Positions 1-8,993 of a DNA stretch of 64,000 nt are shown one piece after another. This DNA comes from Candidatus Babeliales bacterium (GTDB taxonomy: Bacteria; Babelota; Babeliae; Babelales; UASB340): NCBI GenBank assembly GCA_023133515.1, contig JAGLWI010000002.1, forward strand, positions 28,806-92,805, given 5' to 3'. A model generated the notes under the pieces. It had not been told where the DNA came from and did not search any database. It worked only from the letters and a program-made list of their open reading frames with translations. The position numbers and the translations under genes are program-made. Each line of letters begins with the position of its first letter. The stretch's first letter is position 1.

Positions 1-256
1 AATTGCTTTGTAAATCAATCAAATCATATTTACCATCAAACTCGATTCTTAATTTTAACGCTAATTCTTTGTCCTCAGATTTTAAAAAATCTTGATCTAA
101 AACATTATCAAACAAGAATCCAAGATCATTTTCCAAAGCTTCTTTTCCCTTTTGAATGTTAATTTCTTTTCCATTAAGGGGAAAAAATCCAAAAAAAATA
201 AACTGTAATAAAAAACATAAAGAAAAAATAAAACTTTTAAAATCCCTAAATTTCAT
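1..256 (-). CDS. hypothetical membrane-anchored/secreted protein; only the first 85 codons are present because the gene runs off the left edge
   Basis: Found by my own minus-strand reading; it is not in the ORF track. ATG at 256 follows a GGGGG SD-like run, and the frame stays open to position 1. The product starts MKFRDFKSFIFSLCFLLQFIFFG, a charged head plus a hydrophobic helix. This N-terminus is paralogous to that of the next gene upstream. Confidence 0.5.
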   Translation of the reverse strand, partial: MKFRDFKSFIFSLCFLLQFIFFGFFPLNGKEINIQKGKEALENDLGFLFDNVLDQDFLKSEDKELALKLRIEFDGKYDLIDLQSN

Positions 257-280
257 ACATTACCCCCAAATTAATATTTT

Positions 281-2176
281 TTACAATCCAAAAACTGAAT
301 TCAATATCTCATCATAAAAACCATTATCTTTCCATTCCACCTTAAGATCCTCCATCAGGCTTGTAAGATCCGGAAAAATTGATGTCAGAATATAATTCCA
401 TAACTCAAAATTCTCTTTAACATTTTGTGATTTTTTAAAAATATAAACAATTCTTTTATAAAGATTGCTTTTAACAATTTTATATTTTTCAGCACAATTA
501 ATATCTGAAAGCACCCTTTTTAACTCTGGGCTATTTACAAATGAATCTATCACCAATCCCCAAATACCATTTTTTTCCAAATGTTTAACATCATAATCAC
601 TTAAAAAATATTCTGGAGTACTTTTTAATTTATATATTTCTTTTTCTACTATTTCTAATTTATTTTTTAACTTATCTCTATTTTCTACGTCTTTTTTATA
701 TTTCTCTTTTGCTTTTTTTATTAACGCCATGCTTAATTTACTTTTATAAGATCCAGCCTTTTTCTCTTTTTCTTCCAACTCAAAAAATGTTTTCTGAGCT
801 TTCTCGCCAGCATAATAAAAACTTATTTTTAAATCATTTTTCTTTTTTTCAAGTTGTTCTATTCTTCTTAAAATTTTTTCCATCTCTTCTGAATTTTTAA
901 ATTCATTCTCATTTTCTTGCATAAAACCATCATTTTCTTTTTTTATTTCTTTATATTCTTCAAAACCTTTGATAAGCACAGAAAACAATAGATTTATAGT
1001 CTCAAACAAAGATAATTTATCAGAAACATAAATTATCCAACTTTGCGTATCACTAACATTGATCAATTTAACTTTTGGAAAATCGATTACAGATAAAATC
1101 TCTTTTTTAATCTTTTCAGGAATAAAATCTAACTCTGTATTAGAACTAATTCTTCCAAAATCTTTAAAATTTTTATACGTGTTATAATGCCATGAAACAT
1201 TTTTTTCTACTTCATCCTGAAAATCAATTTCCGTATAATTTTTTTTGTTAGAAAGTTTTTCAAAACATTCTAATGCTTCTAAAGACTCATCAAAAACAAA
1301 GCCACAAGCCATCACACCAAAACTATTTTTATCAAATTGACCATCTTTATCAAAATTATGATTATTCAATCCTTCAGTTAATCCTTTCCACATCTTATCA
1401 ATAAATTCCTGCCATTCTTCTGAAATATTAATTTTTAATTTTTCTGATAAATCTTTTGGAAGATAACTGAATACAGAAGATTTTTTGTCGAGCAAATTGA
1501 AAACTTTGCTCTGACTCAATCTAAACAAAAGTCGTAAAATTTCAATTTTGCGATTAATTTCTTTATCCCCAAAATCATGAATCATTAACAATACAAGCTT
1601 TATTGCAAAAACCTCTACCGAAGACAACTCATTCTTTATAAGCCAACCCCAACTACCAAACATCTGTTTATAGTCACCATAAAAAGACTGTAATGATTTT
1701 TTTATCTTGGTTTTTATAAAGAGCTTTGCAAAATCCTCAAGTGAAAATTTATCTGGATCCTTTTTTTTAGAATCGTTTATATCTGTTTTACCATCCAAAT
1801 CTTCTATTACAGCCTTTACCGATTCAAAAGGACTCAAAATATTCCCAGAACCCTTATCATGCCAACAAACTTTAAAAACTTTATTACCTGGTAAAATTAT
1901 AGATAATCCTTCAGATTCGTAATAATCCAAATCTTTTAAATTTCGCAAATTTTTTTCGATTAATTTAGAAAAATCTTTAGAATCTTTTTTAGACTTTAAA
2001 TCTAAAATTTTCGGATCAGTCCTACCAATCAATTTATCTGAAACAATGAAAGACGTAAAAAAAAGAAAACAAATAAAAAAAACAAATGTTAAAAAATCCC
2101 TAAATTTTCCCCACACAACAACCCCTCCAGGTTTAAAAATTGCATTAAACTTAATACTAGAGAGACATTTTATCAT
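281..2176 (-). CDS. hypothetical membrane-anchored protein with a K/E-rich coiled-coil segment; the true start is probably GTG at 2116
   Basis: 631-aa ORF. SD GGAGGGG (2122-2128) lies 5 nt before GTG at 2116, whereas the ATG at 2176 has no SD. From 2116 the N-terminus reads (M)WGKFRDFLTFVFFICFLFF, matching the MKFRDF head of the 1..256 gene. I recognised no known domain. Confidence 0.6.
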   Translation of the reverse strand: MIKCLSSIKFNAIFKPGGVVVWGKFRDFLTFVFFICFLFFTSFIVSDKLIGRTDPKILDLKSKKDSKDFSKLIEKNLRNLKDLDYYESEGLSIILPGNKVFKVCWHDKGSGNILSPFESVKAVIEDLDGKTDINDSKKKDPDKFSLEDFAKLFIKTKIKKSLQSFYGDYKQMFGSWGWLIKNELSSVEVFAIKLVLLMIHDFGDKEINRKIEILRLLFRLSQSKVFNLLDKKSSVFSYLPKDLSEKLKINISEEWQEFIDKMWKGLTEGLNNHNFDKDGQFDKNSFGVMACGFVFDESLEALECFEKLSNKKNYTEIDFQDEVEKNVSWHYNTYKNFKDFGRISSNTELDFIPEKIKKEILSVIDFPKVKLINVSDTQSWIIYVSDKLSLFETINLLFSVLIKGFEEYKEIKKENDGFMQENENEFKNSEEMEKILRRIEQLEKKKNDLKISFYYAGEKAQKTFFELEEKEKKAGSYKSKLSMALIKKAKEKYKKDVENRDKLKNKLEIVEKEIYKLKSTPEYFLSDYDVKHLEKNGIWGLVIDSFVNSPELKRVLSDINCAEKYKIVKSNLYKRIVYIFKKSQNVKENFELWNYILTSIFPDLTSLMEDLKVEWKDNGFYDEILNSVFGL

Positions 2177-2201
2177 TGAAAAATAGAATTAGCAATCAAA
2201 T

Positions 2202-3416
2202 TTATTTTTTAGCCTCTAACTCAAGTTCTTTTGCTAAAATTCTTCTATTAGTATTTTCTAAATCTTTTTTAGATTTATCTATTAATTTTTTAATTTCTAT
2301 TTCTTTTATTTTTTTTTGTTCATTTTGAAATTTTCTTTCCCATAAGGCAACCTCTTTCTGTAAAGATTTTATATCATTTCCAAAATCCAAAAGACGAAGC
2401 TGTAATTCTAAATTATCTCTATTTTTCTTTTCTATTTTTTTTCGAAATTTATCCTGTTGATGCAATTTTATTCTTTGCTCGGCACCCTCTTTTAATCTTA
2501 TCCTACTTTCTTTCATTTTTTTCTGAAGTTCATTTAAATCAAATTTTAACCTTTTTATCTCTCCTATTTTCTTTTTATAATTCTTTTCTAATTTAAAACT
2601 TTTTTCCTTTTGAATTCGCAATTCTTCTTTTTTACTATCAAGTTTTTTTTCTAAATCATCAATTTTACTTTTTTCAACTTTTTCCACATCATCAATTTCT
2701 CGCTCCTCAAACATCTTAAATGTTCTATGAACAACTTCTTTTATCTGATCATCATCAATCACAAATTTAAGTTCTTGAGCATCATTTTTTTCTATCTTAT
2801 CTTGAATTAATGAATTCAGATTATACAAAATTATAAGCTTTATCTTTTGAATAGTTGCAGTCTCTATTTTTTCATCAATCTTTGCAATATGCTTTTTTAA
2901 AAATTCTTCAGCTTTTTCTTGAGCCACAACAACTTGTCTAATTGATTGTTTTTTTTGCATAATCGCATTATAGTTTGGATCAAAAAAATTTCTAGTTCCT
3001 GTTACAATCTTATCAAACCATGATTGTTGTTCTTCAAAGCAACTTAAAAAATCATAAGCCTCTTCACGATCCTCGCCCTCAAGAATTATATTTTTAATTT
3101 TTTCAACATCCTTATAAAAATCCTTTGCAACTTTATCTCTCCAGTCTCCATTCACGGATTTACCTGTAACAGGCTCTACTTTAATAATCTCTTTTTCTTT
3201 TTTTTCTTTAAAAATCTTTTTTTTATCATTATCTTTTTTTAATCTTATAACCTCCTGTTTCTTTTTTGATAGTTCTTTTATCAACTCAACTTTTCTTTCA
3301 GCCTCCTCCAACAGCTCTTTTGATTTTTTCTCAACATTCTCCATCAATCCAACTGACTGACAAAATAGAAAAGAAAACATTACAAATAAAAAGAAAAATG
3401 TTTTTATTTTTTTCAT
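2202..3416 (-). CDS. hypothetical secreted coiled-coil protein (K/E-rich)
   Basis: 404-aa ORF with signal-peptide-like MKKIKTFFFLFVMFSFLFCQSVG. The rest is long K/E-rich heptad-like sequence. It lies 25 nt upstream of the next gene on the same strand. Confidence 0.6.
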   Translation of the reverse strand: MKKIKTFFFLFVMFSFLFCQSVGLMENVEKKSKELLEEAERKVELIKELSKKKQEVIRLKKDNDKKKIFKEKKEKEIIKVEPVTGKSVNGDWRDKVAKDFYKDVEKIKNIILEGEDREEAYDFLSCFEEQQSWFDKIVTGTRNFFDPNYNAIMQKKQSIRQVVVAQEKAEEFLKKHIAKIDEKIETATIQKIKLIILYNLNSLIQDKIEKNDAQELKFVIDDDQIKEVVHRTFKMFEEREIDDVEKVEKSKIDDLEKKLDSKKEELRIQKEKSFKLEKNYKKKIGEIKRLKFDLNELQKKMKESRIRLKEGAEQRIKLHQQDKFRKKIEKKNRDNLELQLRLLDFGNDIKSLQKEVALWERKFQNEQKKIKEIEIKKLIDKSKKDLENTNRRILAKELELEAKK

Positions 3417-3636
3417 TCTGCTTCCTCCAAATTAAAATTTGATAAAATCATTTAAAAAACAACTTGGTAAAATAATATACAAAGTTAATATATTTTATAG
3501 AAAGTAAAATTAAAATTTCTTCTAAAAATCCATAAATTTATAAAAATAGAATAAAATATTTAGATTAACCAAAAAATCAATTACAATAAAATTAGTATCA
3601 TATTTTCAAAAAGAATAGAACTGGAAAGAATACATT

Positions 3637-5148
3637 ATGAAAAATTTAAATATTAAAAAATTTTGGATCTTAACAAAAAAATATAAAAAAATTATAACGC
3701 TTTCAATTCTTACCATAATCACGACAATAATATTATTAACTATAAGCTTAAAGATAAATGATATTTGGAAAAGAAAAACAGTAAAACAGATTACAAAAGA
3801 AGAATGGTTAACAATTTTTACCCATGGCTCATTCGGATCAATTTTAGGCCTATTAAATGTTTTTGATGTTTTAAAAGACAAAACATCAGGCACATCATAT
3901 AAAAAAATAATCTCAAAAATGAGAAAGGATCCTCACTTTTACTGCAATCAACCAATGTTACAAAGAGGATTAATTAAAATTAAACCGTCTTTTGACCTTT
4001 CGATTACCTCAAGCAACAAATACATAGTTTATCCTCTTTCTAAAGCCTATGAAACAATACTCGAACAGGTTAATCCAGAAAAAGAAAAAAATTCATTTTA
4101 TACTTTTGGATGGAGTGGGCTATTTAGCCAACAAAGAAGAAGAATAGAAGCAATAAGATTTTATAACAATATTGTAGAAGAATTAGAAAAATATGAAAAA
4201 AAAGGAATTAAGCCAAAAATAAGAATTTTAACACACAGTCACGGAGGAAACCTTGTTTTAAATTTTGCTGCAATAAAAACCGTTCTAAATTATCTTGAAA
4301 AACCTGAACAAATAGAAAACATTCCAAAAAACACTGATGAAAAAGAATCGTTATTATCAATGTTAAAAATAATTAAAAAACTCCCAACAAAAGATCAAAA
4401 CAAATTACAAAAAGGACAAAAACTTTTTGATTATATCCCAGAAAAAAAAGATATAAAAATAAATGAACTTATAATGTTTGGAACCCCAATTCAACCAGAA
4501 ACAGCAGGCTTTGCATTTAATGATATCTTTGAAAAAGTATATAATTTTTATTCAGATGAAGACGTAGTACAAGATTTAGATGGCATTTCAACAAAAAGAT
4601 ACAGCAGCAATAAAAGATTCAATTTTTCAAATAACATAAAGATAGACAAACAAGATCTACCTTCAAAAGTTATTCAAGCAAAAATAATGATCCGAAAAGG
4701 TTTTCTAAACAAACTTTTCTCAATAAAAACAGATTTTAATGAGAAAGAAAAAGACAAAAAACAAGGTTTTTGGAGCAAAATTTTATCCGGTATTTTTAGC
4801 AGTAAAAAAAACGATGACCCAACCCACAGAGAACTTTGGTTTATATTGTGGGACAAACAAAATTCTTTAAATTTTCTCCCAACGGTAGTTTTTACTCCAC
4901 TTCTTACAAAGGCTATAGAAAAACTTTTAGATCAAACAAATGATATTGACTTAAATATAAAATTTACCAAAAGAAAATTACTTCTCTATGCTTTAAAACA
5001 TAATGATACAAAAATAAAAAATAAAATATCTTTACCAATGAAAATTTTAGAAGATATAAAACCAAAGATTTTAAAGTGGAAACCTGAAAATTACTCTTAT
5101 GATACTGAATTTAACATAATAAAAAGGTATAGTAATTTTTTAAAATAA
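3637..5148 (+). CDS. membrane-anchored alpha/beta-hydrolase, lipase/esterase-like (PGAP1/DUF676-like nucleophile elbow)
   Basis: 503-aa ORF with an N-terminal TM (IITLSILTIITTIILLTISL). IFTHGSFGS looks like an oxyanion-hole HG motif, and ILTHSHGGNL is a GxSxG-type elbow of the xHSxGG kind. Acidic (YSDEDVVQD) and His (DPTHRELW) candidates follow downstream. Confidence 0.55.
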   Translation: MKNLNIKKFWILTKKYKKIITLSILTIITTIILLTISLKINDIWKRKTVKQITKEEWLTIFTHGSFGSILGLLNVFDVLKDKTSGTSYKKIISKMRKDPHFYCNQPMLQRGLIKIKPSFDLSITSSNKYIVYPLSKAYETILEQVNPEKEKNSFYTFGWSGLFSQQRRRIEAIRFYNNIVEELEKYEKKGIKPKIRILTHSHGGNLVLNFAAIKTVLNYLEKPEQIENIPKNTDEKESLLSMLKIIKKLPTKDQNKLQKGQKLFDYIPEKKDIKINELIMFGTPIQPETAGFAFNDIFEKVYNFYSDEDVVQDLDGISTKRYSSNKRFNFSNNIKIDKQDLPSKVIQAKIMIRKGFLNKLFSIKTDFNEKEKDKKQGFWSKILSGIFSSKKNDDPTHRELWFILWDKQNSLNFLPTVVFTPLLTKAIEKLLDQTNDIDLNIKFTKRKLLLYALKHNDTKIKNKISLPMKILEDIKPKILKWKPENYSYDTEFNIIKRYSNFLK

Positions 5149-5281
5149 ACCTTCATTAACCAACTTCGCTAGAAATAACAATTTTTATTTGATAAAATCA
5201 AACAATATAACATGAAAAACAGATAAAAATTCATAGCTTTTTTCTGTCAAAATTGTATCCTATTCTCCTAACAGATTAAAA

Positions 5282-5301
5282 AAACAGATATAAACAGATA
5301 T
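5282..5301. repeat. tandem 10-bp repeat AAACAGATAT x2 upstream of bamA
   Basis: Read directly. The two units are 5282-5291 and 5292-5301. Related AACAGAT(A/T) copies sit at 5218 and 5270. Confidence 0.8.
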
Positions 5302-5340
5302 AAAAAAAGAAAATAAAATTAATATAGTTGGAGAACAAGA

Positions 5341-7779
5341 ATGTATAAAAAAACATCGGGTAAAAATATTCTTTTGTTTATTTTATTTGCATTTATTATT
5401 GCCTTTAGCCCTCAAAATAGGATTAATGCAAATGATCAAAAGAATCATCAAACAAAAAATAATCTTATTATTAGTAAAATAATTATTAGTGGCAACAAGC
5501 ATGTAAAAACAGATGTAATTTTAAACCGTCTACCATATAAGGTAGGAACAAAATTTGATAAAACAAAAAGCAAAATTGCCATAAATAACCTTTACACACT
5601 CGGTTATTTTAGACAGATCAATTTGGAAATAGAAAAAGAAAACGAAGATCTTATAATATTGTATGTTACAGTCGAAGAAAAAAAACTATTAGAAAAGTTG
5701 GAATTTAAAGGTAATAAACATATAAAAACAAAAAAAATCATAGATGATCTTCATTTAGATAAATTATCAACCGTCGATGAAGAAAATCTTAAAAGAATTT
5801 GTCAAATAATCAAAAAAATGTACTCCAAAGAAAATTTTCATAAAACAGAAATCACGACCCAAATAATCCCAAACAAACAAGTTCGTGACAAAGCTATAGT
5901 TATTTTTAACATAAAAGAAGGTCCCAAGTCTTTTTTAGCCAGAGTAAACTTTAAAGGAAATAAAAAAATCCTCGATAGAAAACTGCGAACCGTAATTTTT
6001 ACTAGGGAAGATTGGCTTTTAAGCTTTCTAGACGGCGCAGGACAATATGAACAAGACGCCATAGAAATGGATAAACACCGAATTGAATATTTTTATAAAG
6101 ACAACGGCTATCTAATGGCAATTGTTCCTAAAGTTAATGTTGAATTTTTAAAAAATGATAAAGAAATTTATGTCACCTTTCATATAAAAGAAGGTGATCA
6201 ATTTTTTGTACAAAAAATTAATGCAGTAGGAGACGAGTTATTTAACCAAGAAAAACTATTGGAACAAATAACTGTTGAAAAAAACAAGCCTTATTCTCAA
6301 TCAAAATTAATCGAATCAATAAACAATCTTAAAAATTTATATGGAGAAAAGGGATACATTTTTGCCGATGTCTATCCTCAAATAAAACCTGACGAAAAAA
6401 CAAATGATGTTGATATAACATTTCATGTTGAAAAAGGAAATCTATTACATGTAAAAAGAATAACAATAACAGGAAATAAACTTACCCACGACAAAGTTAT
6501 AAGAAGACAAATAGAGTTAGATGAAAATGAAAAAATAACTTCAAAAAAATTGAATAATTCTCAATCAAACATTGAATATTTGGGATTTTTTCAAAAAGGC
6601 GGAATAAACTGGAAAATTCACAGAGTTTCAGATGAACTTGCTGATCTTGAAATGAATGTAAAAGAAGCAAAAACAGGAAACTTTCAAGCAGGTATTACTT
6701 ATGGAAGTGATAAGTATTCTCTTCAACCATCTTTACGTGGCAATATCACAGTAGAAAAAAAGAATCTTTTTGGAATGGGATGGGATACTGGCCTTATGCT
6801 TCAAGGAAATAGGCATCATATACAAAAATTACAAGCACACTTTTTTGAACCTCATATTTTAGATTCAGATGTTTCTGGATACGCTACTTTTTATAGAAGA
6901 TGGGAAGATTATGAACAATGGAGAAATGTTGACAAAACTCCAAAAGAAACTGTAACTGGAGGCAGTTTACGTTTTGGATTTCGTTTACCACGAATAGATA
7001 GAAGATTACAACTTTTATTAGAAATTGGAATTGAAAATATCAAAAATAACAATCCACAACCAGTCAGGGGAATAGAATTTTTTGAACCAATTGTAAAAAG
7101 AAGTTTCCAATCAGGAACTCTGACATGGTTAGGTCTTGATCTTGTTAAAGATACTCGCAATCATCAAATATATCCAAATAAAGGACACAAAATTTTATTA
7201 AATACAAAAACAGCTCTTCCTGCTCTTAATGATGAATTTAGTTTTTTTAAAGCTGAACTTGATACAAGTTATTATACACCTCTTATAGGAGAAGATAATC
7301 TGGTTTTAGCACTTCATGGAAAAATCGGAACTATACACTCTATTGGTGGAGCAGACAAAGCAAATAATAGAACAAAAATAATCCCATACAAAGAATTATA
7401 TCATATGGGAGGACAAGGTACTGTTAGAGGTTTTGTTTGGGGAAGCATTGGACCTGCATGGATCACAAACGATCCTTTGGGTGCAAGATATGCAGTTCAA
7501 TTAAACTGTGAACTTATCTTTCCATTAATTCCAGATTATTCAATGAAAGGACACTTCTTTTATGATGCTGGTGCTGGTTGGAACACTCCAAAAGAAGGAA
7601 TTACTAATCGATCAATGATTAAACGAGACAAATTCAATATGCGACACTCTGTTGGTTTTGGTCTAAATCTTTTAAAACCTGTTCCAGCAAAAATCGATTG
7701 GGGCTACAAACTAGACAGGGACAAAAAAGCAGGTGAATCTCCTCATGAATTCCATCTTAGTATGAATTATGCATGGTGA
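5341..7779 (+). CDS. bamA: outer membrane protein assembly factor BamA
   Basis: 812 aa with a signal peptide and repeated POTRA-like modules (I..I.I.GN..v....i). The C-terminal beta-barrel ends in the aromatic sequence ...HLSMNYAW. SD GGAGAA lies upstream. Confidence 0.9.
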   Translation: MYKKTSGKNILLFILFAFIIAFSPQNRINANDQKNHQTKNNLIISKIIISGNKHVKTDVILNRLPYKVGTKFDKTKSKIAINNLYTLGYFRQINLEIEKENEDLIILYVTVEEKKLLEKLEFKGNKHIKTKKIIDDLHLDKLSTVDEENLKRICQIIKKMYSKENFHKTEITTQIIPNKQVRDKAIVIFNIKEGPKSFLARVNFKGNKKILDRKLRTVIFTREDWLLSFLDGAGQYEQDAIEMDKHRIEYFYKDNGYLMAIVPKVNVEFLKNDKEIYVTFHIKEGDQFFVQKINAVGDELFNQEKLLEQITVEKNKPYSQSKLIESINNLKNLYGEKGYIFADVYPQIKPDEKTNDVDITFHVEKGNLLHVKRITITGNKLTHDKVIRRQIELDENEKITSKKLNNSQSNIEYLGFFQKGGINWKIHRVSDELADLEMNVKEAKTGNFQAGITYGSDKYSLQPSLRGNITVEKKNLFGMGWDTGLMLQGNRHHIQKLQAHFFEPHILDSDVSGYATFYRRWEDYEQWRNVDKTPKETVTGGSLRFGFRLPRIDRRLQLLLEIGIENIKNNNPQPVRGIEFFEPIVKRSFQSGTLTWLGLDLVKDTRNHQIYPNKGHKILLNTKTALPALNDEFSFFKAELDTSYYTPLIGEDNLVLALHGKIGTIHSIGGADKANNRTKIIPYKELYHMGGQGTVRGFVWGSIGPAWITNDPLGARYAVQLNCELIFPLIPDYSMKGHFFYDAGAGWNTPKEGITNRSMIKRDKFNMRHSVGFGLNLLKPVPAKIDWGYKLDRDKKAGESPHEFHLSMNYAW

Positions 7780-8516
7780 GTTTGTAATTTTTCAAACCAT
7801 TGTTCTTCATCATTACCAAAATATCTATCTCCATAATCTCCCAAACCAGGAACAATGTATTTTTTGTCATTCAATTCTTCATCCAGACCTGCAGCAACAA
7901 TTTTGATTTGAGGATATTCGCTTTTTAATCTCGCAACTCCTTCAGTTGCTGCAATTACACAAACAATTATTATATTTTTTTCATCTATTCCCGTTTCTTT
8001 TAAATAAGAAAGGGCCAAACTTAAACTTCCACCTGTTGCAAGCATTGTCTCTAAAATAAAAACCTGATCATCTTTTTCTATTTTAGGAAGATTTTTATAA
8101 TAAATCATTGGTTCGGCCGTCTTTTCATTTCTTTTTATACCAAAAAATCCAACCGATGATCCTTTAAAATATTCTTGAAAAGTAGGAAGCAAAGATAAGC
8201 CAGCTCTCCAAATAGAAATCAATATAGGATTCTTTTTTATTTTTATTCCATCATTAAATTTTGCAACAGGAGTCTGAACTTCTTTTTTTTCCACATTCAA
8301 AAACTCTGATGATTTAAAAACTAAATAATTTGCCAATTGTTTTGTTGTTTCTTGAAATTTATCACATGTTGTTAATTTATCGCGCAAAATAGTAAGAAGT
8401 GAATTTTTTAATAAATTATCATCAATATAAACAAAATTACTTTTTTGAATATCTTTTGCTGATAAACTCAAAACCAATATTGATGAACACAATAACGACA
8501 TTGAAAATTTCTTCAT
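7767..8516 (-). CDS. upp: uracil phosphoribosyltransferase with an N-terminal signal-peptide-like extension
   Basis: Upp motifs are present: WRAGLSL, ILETMLATGGSL and YIVPGLGDYGDRYFG. ATG at 8516 is preceded by GGAAAGGA, while the track start at 8591 is a TTG with no SD. The product begins MKKFSMSLLCSSILVLSLSAKD. Confidence 0.85.
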   Translation of the reverse strand: MKKFSMSLLCSSILVLSLSAKDIQKSNFVYIDDNLLKNSLLTILRDKLTTCDKFQETTKQLANYLVFKSSEFLNVEKKEVQTPVAKFNDGIKIKKNPILISIWRAGLSLLPTFQEYFKGSSVGFFGIKRNEKTAEPMIYYKNLPKIEKDDQVFILETMLATGGSLSLALSYLKETGIDEKNIIIVCVIAATEGVARLKSEYPQIKIVAAGLDEELNDKKYIVPGLGDYGDRYFGNDEEQWFEKLQTHHA

Positions 8517-8993
8517 TAAATTCCTTTCCTTTTTCTCAATCCAACTATATTTTAACACCAGCCACTTTTTAAACAGAAAGGATATCTTCAAATCGCAACA
8601 GAGTAAATAAAATATTTACACTAATCACATATTAGTCTTCTAAGTGACAATTTGAAAAGAATGTCAAAGAAAAAAGGCCTCAAGATGTCATTTAGTAATG
8701 TTGAAAACAAGCTATAAAATTAAAAACATACAATTATCGCTATTTTTGCAAAAGATATCCTATTGACAATTAAAAGAATTACGGTTAATTTATAATTTGT
8801 AATTATGTTTTAACGCTTTAAAAGACACATGATTTAATTATAGATACAAAAAACGGAGGTTATTTAATCTGTTTTAAATCTATTTTTAATAAATACATGT
8901 TTTTTAGCTAAAAATAAACACTGATATTTAAACAAATCTTTTTTCAAACGTATTTTGTATTTTTTAAGAAAAAATTAAAAGAGGAACATTATC

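Noticed and set aside
3606-3893. 95-aa minus-strand ORF overlapping the start of the lipase-like gene
   Set aside because: It is antisense to the well-supported 503-aa ORF, its product is a hydrophobic low-complexity artefact, and it has no SD.
8763-8796. TTGACA ... TATAAT promoter in the 400-bp upp / 8994 spacer
   Set aside because: The two hexamers are 22 nt apart, far from the 16-18 nt optimum. The alternative -10 (TAATTT at 17 nt) is weak, so this is indistinguishable from chance in AT-rich DNA. I found no ncRNA-like structure in this spacer either.
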